A stretch of 64,000 nt of DNA from Candidatus Latescibacterota bacterium (GTDB taxonomy: Bacteria > Krumholzibacteriota > Krumholzibacteriia > WVZY01 > JAKEHA01), in NCBI GenBank assembly GCA_963761125.1, contig CAVXFV010000002.1, forward strand, positions 207,963 to 271,962, written 5' to 3'. The notes below the pieces were generated by a model, which saw only the letters and a list, made by a program, of their open reading frames with translations, had not been told where the DNA came from and did no database searches. Position 1 is the first letter of the stretch; the number at the start of each line of letters is the position of its first letter. A program made the translations under genes and the position numbers. This document shows positions 1 to 8,339 of the stretch, piece by piece.

Positions 1-340
1 GAAACGGCCCCACTTCGTTGCCGCTGGGGCTCAACACGCCGATGAACGCGCCAATCGCGAGCGCCAGCGGATTGCGGCTGACGGCAAACACGATGCCGCC
101 GCCGATCATCAACAACGCGCCGGCCATGAGCACGCGACGGCGGCCGGCACGATCGGCGCGCGTGGTCAGAAGGAGCGAAATCACCGCGTCGCCGACGAGC
201 GCCACGGTGAGCAAGAGGCCGATGGCGCGATCACTGAACCCGATCGCATTCAGGTAGAGCACCAGGAACACCGACGTGAAGCCGAATGCGAACAATCGCG
301 TCGCGCGCGCCGCGAACAGACGAACGATGTCGGGAGTCAT
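1..340 (-). CDS. MFS transporter, N-terminal part (gene continues past window start)
   Basis: Reverse translation from the ATG at 340 gives MTPDIVRLFAARATRLFAFGFTSVFLVLYLNAIGFS...TTRADRAGRRRVLMAG. It has hydrophobic helices and the MFS motif A (D-R-x-G-R-R). It is not in the ORF track because no stop lies inside the window. Confidence 0.8.
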   Translation of the reverse strand, partial: MTPDIVRLFAARATRLFAFGFTSVFLVLYLNAIGFSDRAIGLLLTVALVGDAVISLLLTTRADRAGRRRVLMAGALLMIGGGIVFAVSRNPLALAIGAFIGVLSPSGNEVGPF

Positions 341-347
341 GCGCGGA

Positions 348-1139
348 TCACCGCTTCGCCACGATGAACGTCATGGTGGCAAAATCGCTCTCCCACGTGC
401 CATCCGGCTTTCGTCGCAGATCGGTCGCGCGGATGAGCCAGGGACCGTCGCCGTTGATCGGAATGCGGACATAGCCGGCCGGATTCGCGCGCTCGAGGAA
501 GGGCTTGCCGCCGCCGTGCGTCGCGCCGATCGCCACGCCGCCGATTCCGGCGCCGTCCTTCATCGCGCGCACGATGAGCGTGTCGCGCGGAGCGAGTCCC
601 GTGGGATCGCGGTCGGGAACGAGTTGAAACCCCGCGCCGGCGGGCGCCAGACACGACGCGTCGTCGCCGACGCCGCTCGCGCGGGCGAACATCGTGGCGT
701 TCTTCGTATAGGTTTCGTGCCACGTGCGACCGGGGCCGGCGGCGTCCCATGCGCGGCGAATGTCGTCGGGCGCGCCGATCTCGTCCAGATATTCGCCGAC
801 CTCCGCGTCGGGAAGATCGATCTCCTTCGGACCGAGCGTCAGCCACACGACGACCGTACCCTGTCCGGTCGGAACAACCGCGAGCGCGAGCGATGAGTCG
901 TCCTCCGCGCGACCGCCGATCGGACCGCGGCGGTTGCCGAGCCGCCAGCCGCCCGCGATTACGCGATCGGTCTTCGGGCCCGACTCGAGCCTGGGAAACG
1001 ACATCCCGCTGGTGAGATGGAGAATCGTCAGCTTGCCCGCGGCGACATCGCGAACCGGAGCGATCCACGTGTCGTGCGCCGCCGCCGGCATCGCGACCGT
1101 CAACGCGGCGCTCGCGAGGACGAGCACCGCCCGCGTCAC
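348..1139 (-). CDS. DUF4198-like periplasmic protein with signal peptide
   Basis: This is the C-terminal 264 codons of ORF 348..1724. It starts at GTG 1139 (VTRAVLVLASAALTVAMPAAAHDTWI). A signal peptide followed by AHDxW is typical of DUF4198. The upstream part of the ORF is R-rich shadow sequence overlapping gltX. The start forms a GTGA overlap with the gltX stop. Confidence 0.7.
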   Translation of the reverse strand: MTRAVLVLASAALTVAMPAAAHDTWIAPVRDVAAGKLTILHLTSGMSFPRLESGPKTDRVIAGGWRLGNRRGPIGGRAEDDSSLALAVVPTGQGTVVVWLTLGPKEIDLPDAEVGEYLDEIGAPDDIRRAWDAAGPGRTWHETYTKNATMFARASGVGDDASCLAPAGAGFQLVPDRDPTGLAPRDTLIVRAMKDGAGIGGVAIGATHGGGKPFLERANPAGYVRIPINGDGPWLIRATDLRRKPDGTWESDFATMTFIVAKR

Positions 1140-2575
1140 GTTCGCGCCTCGTCGAGGGCTTTGAGCACCGCGTCGCGCCCTTTCACGGCGGCGACGCGCG
1201 TGAGATCGGGGCCGTGCACCGATCCGGTCATCGCGCCCCGGATGGGGAAATAGAGATCCTTGCCCTTGAGGCCGAGTTCCTCGCCGGTAGCGAGGATCAT
1301 CGCCTTGAAGGTGTCGGACGTCAACGCGGCGTCGGCGTCGCGCAGCCGTTGCGTCATACTGGCGAGGACGCGTTGCGCCGACTCGGCGGCGAGCAGCGTG
1401 TTGGTTTCTTCGTCGCGCGTCACGTCGGGTTCGAAGATGCGCGCGCGCTGCGGGAAGTCGGCGAGGGTCTCCAGGCTGTCCTGCAGGATCGCAACGATCT
1501 CCCGGCGCGTGGTCTCGTCGTAGTTCGAGCGCAGCCAGTCGGGCATATGCGGCTCCACGAGCGTGATCAACGTGTCGAGCGGGAGTTTGCGAATGTACTG
1601 GCCGTTCATCCACATCAGCTTCTTGCGATCGAAGATCGCCGCCGCCTTTCCGATGCGGTCGATCGTGAACGCCTTGACGATCTCGTCGCGCGGCATGATT
1701 TCCTTGCTTCCCGGGTGCGACCATCCCAGCAACACGAGATAGTTGAACGCGGCCTCGGGCAGATACCCGCTCGTGCGCAGATCGCCGACCGAACTGGCGC
1801 CGTGGCGTTTGGAGAGCTTCGACCGATCTTCCGCCAGAATCAACGGAACGTGCGCGAACACCGGCGGTGTCGCTCCCAGAGCGTGGTAGATCATCGCCTG
1901 ACGGAGCGTATTCGACAGGTGCTCCTCGCCGCGGATCACGTGCGAGATCGCCATGCGCTGGTCGTCGACAGCCGCCGCGAAGTTGTACGTCGGCAGTCCG
2001 TTGGACCGCAGAATGACCCAGTCGCCCACCATGTCATGGGAGAGTTCCATCGGGCCGCGGATCTCGTCGTGGAAGCGCACGACGCCGTCGCCCACGCGAA
2101 AACGAACCGCCGCGGGAATTCCGGCCGCGCGTTTGGCCGCAACCTCTTCGGGTGTGAGCCGCGCGCAGGTTCCGTCGTACTGCGGCTGGTGGCCGGCGGC
2201 CACGGCGTTCTCGCGTTTGAGTTCCAGTTCGTTTTCCGTGCAGAAGCACGGGTACGCGATTCCCTTCTCGATCAGCGCATCGGTGACGTCGCGGTAGAGC
2301 GCGTGACGCTCCGACTGGCGGTACGGTCCGTACGGCCCGCCGACGTCGGGGCCTTCGTCCCAGTCCAGTCCCAGCCACTTCAAATCTTCGATCAACGACG
2401 CCTCGCTTTCGAGCGTGCTGCGTTCCGCGTCGGTGTCTTCGATGCGCAGGACGAACGTGCCGTCGTTGTGGCGCGCGAAGAGATAATTGAAAATGGCCGT
2501 GCGCGCACCGCCGACGTGCAGGTACCCCGTCGGACTCGGCGCAAAGCGCACCCGCACATTCTTGATCTTGGCCAT
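1136..2575 (-). CDS. gltX: glutamate--tRNA ligase
   Basis: ORF 1136..2683 trimmed to the ATG at 2575 (MAKIKNVRVRFAPSPTGYLHVGGARTAIFNY). It carries the class I HIGH-type motif and KLSKR (KMSKS-type). Confidence 0.95.
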   Translation of the reverse strand: MAKIKNVRVRFAPSPTGYLHVGGARTAIFNYLFARHNDGTFVLRIEDTDAERSTLESEASLIEDLKWLGLDWDEGPDVGGPYGPYRQSERHALYRDVTDALIEKGIAYPCFCTENELELKRENAVAAGHQPQYDGTCARLTPEEVAAKRAAGIPAAVRFRVGDGVVRFHDEIRGPMELSHDMVGDWVILRSNGLPTYNFAAAVDDQRMAISHVIRGEEHLSNTLRQAMIYHALGATPPVFAHVPLILAEDRSKLSKRHGASSVGDLRTSGYLPEAAFNYLVLLGWSHPGSKEIMPRDEIVKAFTIDRIGKAAAIFDRKKLMWMNGQYIRKLPLDTLITLVEPHMPDWLRSNYDETTRREIVAILQDSLETLADFPQRARIFEPDVTRDEETNTLLAAESAQRVLASMTQRLRDADAALTSDTFKAMILATGEELGLKGKDLYFPIRGAMTGSVHGPDLTRVAAVKGRDAVLKALDEART

Positions 2576-2610
2576 CGAATCCTTCCTTGTCCGACGCGTC
2601 GGGCGCCCGG

Positions 2611-3132
2611 CTACAGCGCCGACTCGCGCCAGCTCTCCATGCGTTCGCCGCTGTTGGTCTCGATCGAGGCGATGGCTTCGCACGCGATCGCTTCACCGCG
2701 GCCGATGGTGCCCTTCCCCTCGAAGGTCGTCGCCTTGACGTTGACGCGGTCAGGCGGAATATCGAGGTGCTGCGCGATCGCCGCCGTCATCTCGCGTTTG
2801 CGCTCGCCCAGCCGCACCACGTCAGCCAGAACGGTGCAATCCACGTTGACGATGTCGAACCCCGCGCCGCGGACCAGCTCGGCGACGCGCACCAAAAATT
2901 CCCGCCCCGCGGCGTTCTTCCACCGCGAGTCGGTGTCCGGGAAGTGCTCGCCGATGTCTCCGAGCCCCGCGGCTCCGAGCAGCGCGTCGCAGATCGCGTG
3001 GCTGACGACGTCGGCGTCGGAGTGTCCGTCGAGACCGACGGTCGCGTCCTCGAAATGAATGCAGCCCAGCATGAGGGGCCGACCGGCGGCCACCGCGTGG
3101 ACATCATAACCAATTCCCGATCGCGTCATCAT
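2611..3132 (-). CDS. ispF: 2-C-methyl-D-erythritol 2,4-cyclodiphosphate synthase
   Basis: This is the C-terminal part of ORF 2611..3714, starting MMTRSGIGYDVHAV...GHSDADVVSHAICDALLGAAGLGDIGEHFPD. The start forms an ATGA overlap with the ispD stop. Confidence 0.95.
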   Translation of the reverse strand: MMTRSGIGYDVHAVAAGRPLMLGCIHFEDATVGLDGHSDADVVSHAICDALLGAAGLGDIGEHFPDTDSRWKNAAGREFLVRVAELVRGAGFDIVNVDCTVLADVVRLGERKREMTAAIAQHLDIPPDRVNVKATTFEGKGTIGRGEAIACEAIASIETNSGERMESWRESAL

Positions 3133-3815
3133 ACAACTCCGTTCTTCAGTATCGCCTCGGCGACGGCGATATCGTCTCGAAACGTCACCTTCACGTTCGT
3201 GCGCTCGCCCGGCACCGTGAATACGGGTTCGCCCAGCGCGAGCACCAGCGAGCCGTCGTCGCTGGACTCCAGTCCGTTGTCGCGCGCCGTCCGGTGCGCG
3301 CGGAGAATCAGGTCGGCGCGGAATCCCTGCGGCGTCTGTACGCCCGCGACGTCGTCCCGGGCGACGACCGCCTCGACGCGATCGTCCCGCCGGCGCACCA
3401 GCGTGTCGGTCACCGGTACCGCCGGAATGACCGCGTCGTGGTCGCCAAGCGCGTCGAGCACGCGATCGCGAAGCGCATCGGTCACGCACGGTCGCGCGGC
3501 GTCGTGGATGAGCACATGCGTCGTTCCGTCGGGAAGCGACTGCAGTCCGTTGAACACCGACTGTTGCCGCGTGGCGCCGCCGGCCACGAAGCTCCGCGCT
3601 TTCCCCGAATCGACTCCGGAAATCGCGGCGCGCAGGTCGCGTTCGGCGTCCGCCGGTCCGACCAGGACGATCGCATGCACGCGCGTCGAGCGCGCGAACG
3701 CGACCACCGACCACGCCAGCATCGGGCGCCCGTCGAGCATCGCGAGTTGTTTCGGAGATTCCGGACCGAAGCGCTCGCCGGAACCCCCGGCCATGATCAA
3801 CGCAGCGACGTTCAT
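3129..3815 (-). CDS. ispD: 2-C-methyl-D-erythritol 4-phosphate cytidylyltransferase
   Basis: The N-terminus MNVAALIMAGGSGERFG is IspD-like, and the length is 228 aa. Confidence 0.95.
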   Translation of the reverse strand: MNVAALIMAGGSGERFGPESPKQLAMLDGRPMLAWSVVAFARSTRVHAIVLVGPADAERDLRAAISGVDSGKARSFVAGGATRQQSVFNGLQSLPDGTTHVLIHDAARPCVTDALRDRVLDALGDHDAVIPAVPVTDTLVRRRDDRVEAVVARDDVAGVQTPQGFRADLILRAHRTARDNGLESSDDGSLVLALGEPVFTVPGERTNVKVTFRDDIAVAEAILKNGVV

Positions 3816-3819
3816 CGAC

Positions 3820-4716
3820 TTAGAACAAGCTGAACTTCACGTAGCGGCCGGGATGATTCTGGATGTCCTTGAGCAGCGAGTCCAGCTCCGTGACCGTCGA
3901 TTCCATCTTGAGAATCAACTGGTCGTCGTTCAGCAGCCGGCCGGCGGTTCCGTCGCCGGCGCGAAGTTTCGCCGTGATCTCCTTGAGATCCCCCGACACC
4001 GCCGCCAGGTTCTCCGCCGTGACTTCGGCGTGCCCGCCCGCGCGCGTGATCGACGTCAGCGACGAATCGATCGCCGCAAAGTGCCCGCTCACCAGGCTGT
4101 CGATCAAGGACGACGACCGCTCGAAGTGCGCCAGCGTGCGGTCGAGGCGCTTGCGGTTGTTTTCGGTCATACCGCGGAGATGCCTGCTGGTCGCGGCGAA
4201 GTCGTCGACGCTCTGCTTGAATTTCCCATCGGCGGTCAGCGTCTCGGTGATCTCGCGCAGTTGCCGTGTCGTTTCCTGCACGTCGTCCAGGATGCCGCCC
4301 GCCGCGCCCATCACTTCGCTCAGTCCCATCAGAAACAATCCGTCGAGCGTGTCTCCCGGCGCGATCGCATGATCGGACACGCCCTGATGAATGGCGACGA
4401 AGCGCTCGCCCATGATCCCGATACTCTTGAGTTCGATCTTCGAGTCGTCCGGAATAGTCACGCCTTCGCGGACCGCCATGTCGACGACCACGGCATGCGG
4501 GGTCAGCTTCACCGAGTTGACGCGTCCGCGTTCGACGCCGTTGATGTTGATAGGATCGCCCGAGACCAGGCCGCCGACTTCCGGGAAGCGCACGTAGAAC
4601 GAATAGCGCTTTTCCGCGAGCTGGAACTTCTGGAACCACATCGTGCCGACGACGGCGATCACTACCGCTACGACGACCACCGCGCCCACCCGAATCTCGA
4701 GGCCGCGCCCGGTCAT
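3820..4716 (-). CDS. MlaD/MCE-domain protein of an ABC lipid-transport-like system
   Basis: It has an N-terminal TM helix (VGAVVVVAVVIAVVGTMWF) followed by an MCE domain (VRFPEVGGLVSGDPININGVERGRV). The start forms an ATGA overlap with the upstream ATPase gene. Confidence 0.85.
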   Translation of the reverse strand: MTGRGLEIRVGAVVVVAVVIAVVGTMWFQKFQLAEKRYSFYVRFPEVGGLVSGDPININGVERGRVNSVKLTPHAVVVDMAVREGVTIPDDSKIELKSIGIMGERFVAIHQGVSDHAIAPGDTLDGLFLMGLSEVMGAAGGILDDVQETTRQLREITETLTADGKFKQSVDDFAATSRHLRGMTENNRKRLDRTLAHFERSSSLIDSLVSGHFAAIDSSLTSITRAGGHAEVTAENLAAVSGDLKEITAKLRAGDGTAGRLLNDDQLILKMESTVTELDSLLKDIQNHPGRYVKFSLF

Positions 4717-5495
4717 TCGCTGCTCCCCACGACGATCGGTCCGACCGCGCGCCCCTCGATGAACTGCCGCACCGTGGCATTGTCCGTCTTGCGCACTTCG
4801 TCCGGCGTCCCTTCGAAGAGCACGATGCCGTCGTGCAGCATCGCGATCCGATCGGCCACCTTATATGCGCTCGCGAGGTCGTGTGTCACGACGACCGACG
4901 TGATCGATAATTCGTCCGCCAGTTTGATCACCAGGGTGTTGACCACATCGGCCATGATCGGATCCAGACCCGTCGTCGGTTCGTCGTACAGGACGCACTC
5001 GGGATTCATCGCGATGGCGCGCGCGAACCCGACGCGCTTCTTCATCCCGCCCGACAATTCGGCCGGGTACTTCTCGCTGACGCCTTCGAGACCCACCATG
5101 CGCAGTTTCTGGTCGACGATGGCCTTGATCTCCTCGTCGGTCTTTTCGGTATGCTCGCGCAGCGCAAGCCCGACGTTCTCTTCCACGGTCAGTGAGTCGA
5201 AGAGGGCGGCTCCCTGGAAGACCATACCAAAGCGCATCCGAAGCTCGAACAGCTTCTTTCGGTTGAGTTTGGGCACGTCGACACCGTCCACGAGGATGCT
5301 TCCCCGGTCCGGGATCAACAGCCCGACGAGGTGCTTGAGGAGGACGCTCTTGCCCGAACCGCTCTGACCCATGATGACGAGCGTTTCGCCCGGGCGGATG
5401 ACGAGGTTCACGCCCCGCAGCACACTCTTCCCGTAGAAACTCTTCCAGACGTTACGACATTCGATGGTGAGCATGGGAGTCGCCGGCGCCGGCAC
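4713..5495 (-). CDS. ABC transporter ATP-binding protein, MlaF-like
   Basis: It carries Walker A GQSGSGKS, signature LSGGMKKRV and Walker B VLYDEPTTGLD. Confidence 0.9.
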   Translation of the reverse strand: MPAPATPMLTIECRNVWKSFYGKSVLRGVNLVIRPGETLVIMGQSGSGKSVLLKHLVGLLIPDRGSILVDGVDVPKLNRKKLFELRMRFGMVFQGAALFDSLTVEENVGLALREHTEKTDEEIKAIVDQKLRMVGLEGVSEKYPAELSGGMKKRVGFARAIAMNPECVLYDEPTTGLDPIMADVVNTLVIKLADELSITSVVVTHDLASAYKVADRIAMLHDGIVLFEGTPDEVRKTDNATVRQFIEGRAVGPIVVGSSE

Positions 5496-5514
5496 ATTCT
5501 AACACTTCGCGCGC

Positions 5515-6351
5515 CTACTCTCCTTTGTAGAAAATCACCCGGAGCAGCACCGATGCCAGGAAGTAGTTCGACACCAGGATCGCGATGCAACTTGAGACCA
5601 CGGCGTGCATGGTGGCGCGGCCGACGCCCTGCGCGCCGCCGAAGGTGCGAAAGCCGTTGTAGCAGCCGAGCAGCCCGATGATGCCGCCGAAGGTCATGGC
5701 CTTGATGAGGCCGCTGATGACGTCGTCGACGTAGAAGAACATCCGCAGCCCTTCGACGAAAGTCGGAATGCTGACGCCGATCGAATAGTGCGATACGACG
5801 AGCCCGCCCAGGATGGCGAGAAAGTCCGACAGCGTCACCAGCACGGGCAGCATCACGACGCACGCGACGACGCGCGGCATGACCAGATAGCGGACCGGGT
5901 CGATGGCGAGCACTTCCATCGCATCGATCTGTTCGGTGACCTTCATCGTCCCGAGTTCCGCCGCGATCGACGCGCTCACGCGCCCGCCGACCACCAGCGC
6001 GGTGAGTACCGGGCCCAGTTCGAGGATGACCGACTTGCCCACGACCGTGCCCAGAAACACCATGGGCACGTAGTCCTGGAACTGATACGCCGCCTGCACG
6101 GCGGCGACGGCGCCGACGAACACCGACGTCACCAGCACCAGCGGGATGGAGCCAACGCCGACCTGCTCCATCTGGAGCAGCGTCTCGTGCGCGGTGCGCG
6201 GCAGTTCGCGCAGGCGCGCAAACACGCCCGCCAGCAGGATGAAACTCCCCCCGACGTCGCGCAGAAAATTGAGAACGCTGACACCGACCGCTCGAAGGGC
6301 GCGCTTGAACGCGCTCGCCGTCGCGGTCTCGGTCGACGTCAGCGCGCGCAG
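5515..6351 (-). CDS. ABC transporter permease, MlaE-like (start uncertain)
   Basis: This is the C-terminal ~275 codons of ORF 5515..6627 and is polytopic (LLQMEQVGVGSIPLVLVTSVFVGAV...). I found no ATG/GTG/TTG between the dnaB stop and the first TM segment. CTG at 6351 or 6342 are the only nearby candidates. Confidence 0.8.
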   Translation of the reverse strand: MRALTSTETATASAFKRALRAVGVSVLNFLRDVGGSFILLAGVFARLRELPRTAHETLLQMEQVGVGSIPLVLVTSVFVGAVAAVQAAYQFQDYVPMVFLGTVVGKSVILELGPVLTALVVGGRVSASIAAELGTMKVTEQIDAMEVLAIDPVRYLVMPRVVACVVMLPVLVTLSDFLAILGGLVVSHYSIGVSIPTFVEGLRMFFYVDDVISGLIKAMTFGGIIGLLGCYNGFRTFGGAQGVGRATMHAVVSSCIAILVSNYFLASVLLRVIFYKGE

Positions 6352-6355
6352 GGTG

Positions 6356-7738
6356 TTACTCCGAGAATGCCGCGGACTCGAACCGCGTGCACGAATCGAT
6401 GAAGGTGAGGTTGACGGTCCCGGTGGGCCCGTTTCGCTGCTTGCCGATGATGAGTTCGGCCTTGCCGCGGTTTTCGGAGTCGGGACCTTCGTAGACTTCG
6501 GGCCGGAAGAGGAAGAGCACGACATCCGCGTCCTGTTCGATCGAACCGCTTTCGCGAAGGTCCGACAGCATCGGACGCTTGTCACCGCCGCGCGATTCCA
6601 CCGCGCGCGAGAGCTGCGACAGCGCAACCACGGGAATGCCGAGTTCCTTGGCCAGCGCCTTCATCGACCGCGAGATCAGCGAGATCTGCTGCTGCCGGTT
6701 CTCCACGCGTTCGCGGACACTGACGAGCTGCAGGTAGTCGACGAGAATCATGCCGACGTTCGCCTCCGCCTTGAGGCGACGCGCCTTGGCGCGCAACTCC
6801 AGCGTCGACAGGCCGGGCGAGTCGTCGATGTAGATCGGCGCTTCCGCGAGGTAGCCGGCGACAATCGCGAGTTCCGCGTATTCGTTGGACTTGAGGTAGC
6901 CGCGGCGGAGCTTGTTGGAATCGATACGCGCTTCGCTGCACAACAGGCGCGTCACCAGCTGCTCCGACGACATTTCCAGACTGAAGATCCCGACCGGCGT
7001 CTTTTCCTTGATCGCGAGGTGTTCGCACAGATTGAGCGCGAACGACGTCTTCCCCATGCCCGGGCGACCGGCGACGATGATCAGATCCGACTTCTGAAAT
7101 CCCGACGTCAGCGAGTCGAGGTCTTCGAACGGCGACGGCACGCCGGAGACATGGCTCCCGCTCTGATAGAGCGCCTCGATGTTCTTGAAATGGTCGCGGA
7201 GAATTTTCCCGATCGACTCGAAGCCCTTGAACATCCCCTGCTGCGAAATCTCGAAGATGTGGCGTTCGGCCTCGTCCAGGACTTCCGCGGCGTCGCGGTC
7301 TCCCTGGAAGCACTGCGTGGTGACGTCGTTACAGATCGTGATCAGCCGGCGCAGGACGAATTTCTCGAGCACGATGTTGGCGTAGTACTCGACGTTCGCC
7401 GCCGTATGGACCGTGTCCATGATCTGTGTCAGATACGCGGGACCGCCCGATGATTGAAAGCTGCCCTGCTGCTTCATCTCCTCGGAGAGCGTGACCACGT
7501 CGATCGCCTCGCCACGCGAGGACAGCGACTCCATCGCCGCGAAGATGTCGTGATGCGCCTTCTTGTAGAACGCGCTCGCCGAAATCGACTCGGTCGCGAT
7601 CGAGAAGGCGTTGTTATCCAGCAGCACCGCGCCCAGCACCGCCATCTCGGCTTCGAGCGACTGCGGCGGCACGCGTCCGGGCGCGGTCGGGCTGGGCTGG
7701 GTGCGAATGGTGTCGGCCATGGTTTCTCCGACCGGCAT
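6356..7738 (-). CDS. dnaB: replicative DNA helicase
   Basis: It has the N-terminal PPQSLEAEMAVLGAVLLD and Walker A GRPGMGKTSFALN. The length is 460 aa. Confidence 0.95.
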   Translation of the reverse strand: MPVGETMADTIRTQPSPTAPGRVPPQSLEAEMAVLGAVLLDNNAFSIATESISASAFYKKAHHDIFAAMESLSSRGEAIDVVTLSEEMKQQGSFQSSGGPAYLTQIMDTVHTAANVEYYANIVLEKFVLRRLITICNDVTTQCFQGDRDAAEVLDEAERHIFEISQQGMFKGFESIGKILRDHFKNIEALYQSGSHVSGVPSPFEDLDSLTSGFQKSDLIIVAGRPGMGKTSFALNLCEHLAIKEKTPVGIFSLEMSSEQLVTRLLCSEARIDSNKLRRGYLKSNEYAELAIVAGYLAEAPIYIDDSPGLSTLELRAKARRLKAEANVGMILVDYLQLVSVRERVENRQQQISLISRSMKALAKELGIPVVALSQLSRAVESRGGDKRPMLSDLRESGSIEQDADVVLFLFRPEVYEGPDSENRGKAELIIGKQRNGPTGTVNLTFIDSCTRFESAAFSE

Positions 7739-7820
7739 TCTACCCTACGGGGCGGGGTTTCGTAAGGACTGAGAGTCAGAAAGCTGTGGACGGACTGGGG
7801 ATAAGCGCGTGGACCTTGCC

Positions 7821-8339
7821 CTACGCGCCCAGTTCCTTCGGGGACATGCTCCCGGCGGTCGTGGCATCCCCGGTCAAGACGCGGCGCAAGTACCCTGCTT
7901 GACCCAGGTGGAACGCCAGGTGCGCGGCGAGGTGGAGCAGGAAGGTCCGCGTCGAAAGTGTCACACCGGCGACCGGTTGCGGAAACGGATGATCGAGCGA
8001 ACCTGGAGGCAAATCGGAGAGCGTCAACTCCACGACATCGCGGGTGGTGTGAATCTCACGCACGAGGTCTGCGCGTGCGCCGGAACGAGCGCCAAACTCG
8101 TGCTCGCGATCGCGAACGTAGTCGGTGCCGCCGAGCACGCGCCCGACGAAGTGTTCGAGATTGCCGCACACGTGCAGTGCGAGGTTTCCTGCGGAGTTGG
8201 AAACGCCCGGCAACGTCTTCCAGACAAGCTCGTCGCCGGGGAACAATTCGATCTCGCGCGCGAACGCGCGCAGGTCCCTTGCCATGATGACCCGTATGTC
8301 GTTTGTGAAGACCATCGGTATCGTCACCCCCGGACTCAT
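7821..8339 (-). CDS. DinB-family (DinB_2-like) metal-dependent protein
   Basis: This is the C-terminal 172 aa of ORF 7821..8492. It has the spaced histidines typical of DinB helical bundles (LHVCGNLEHFVG..., LLHLAAHLAFHLGQAGY). The ATG at 8339 forms an ATGA overlap with the upstream gene's stop; an alternative ATG lies at 8315. Confidence 0.75.
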   Translation of the reverse strand: MSPGVTIPMVFTNDIRVIMARDLRAFAREIELFPGDELVWKTLPGVSNSAGNLALHVCGNLEHFVGRVLGGTDYVRDREHEFGARSGARADLVREIHTTRDVVELTLSDLPPGSLDHPFPQPVAGVTLSTRTFLLHLAAHLAFHLGQAGYLRRVLTGDATTAGSMSPKELGA

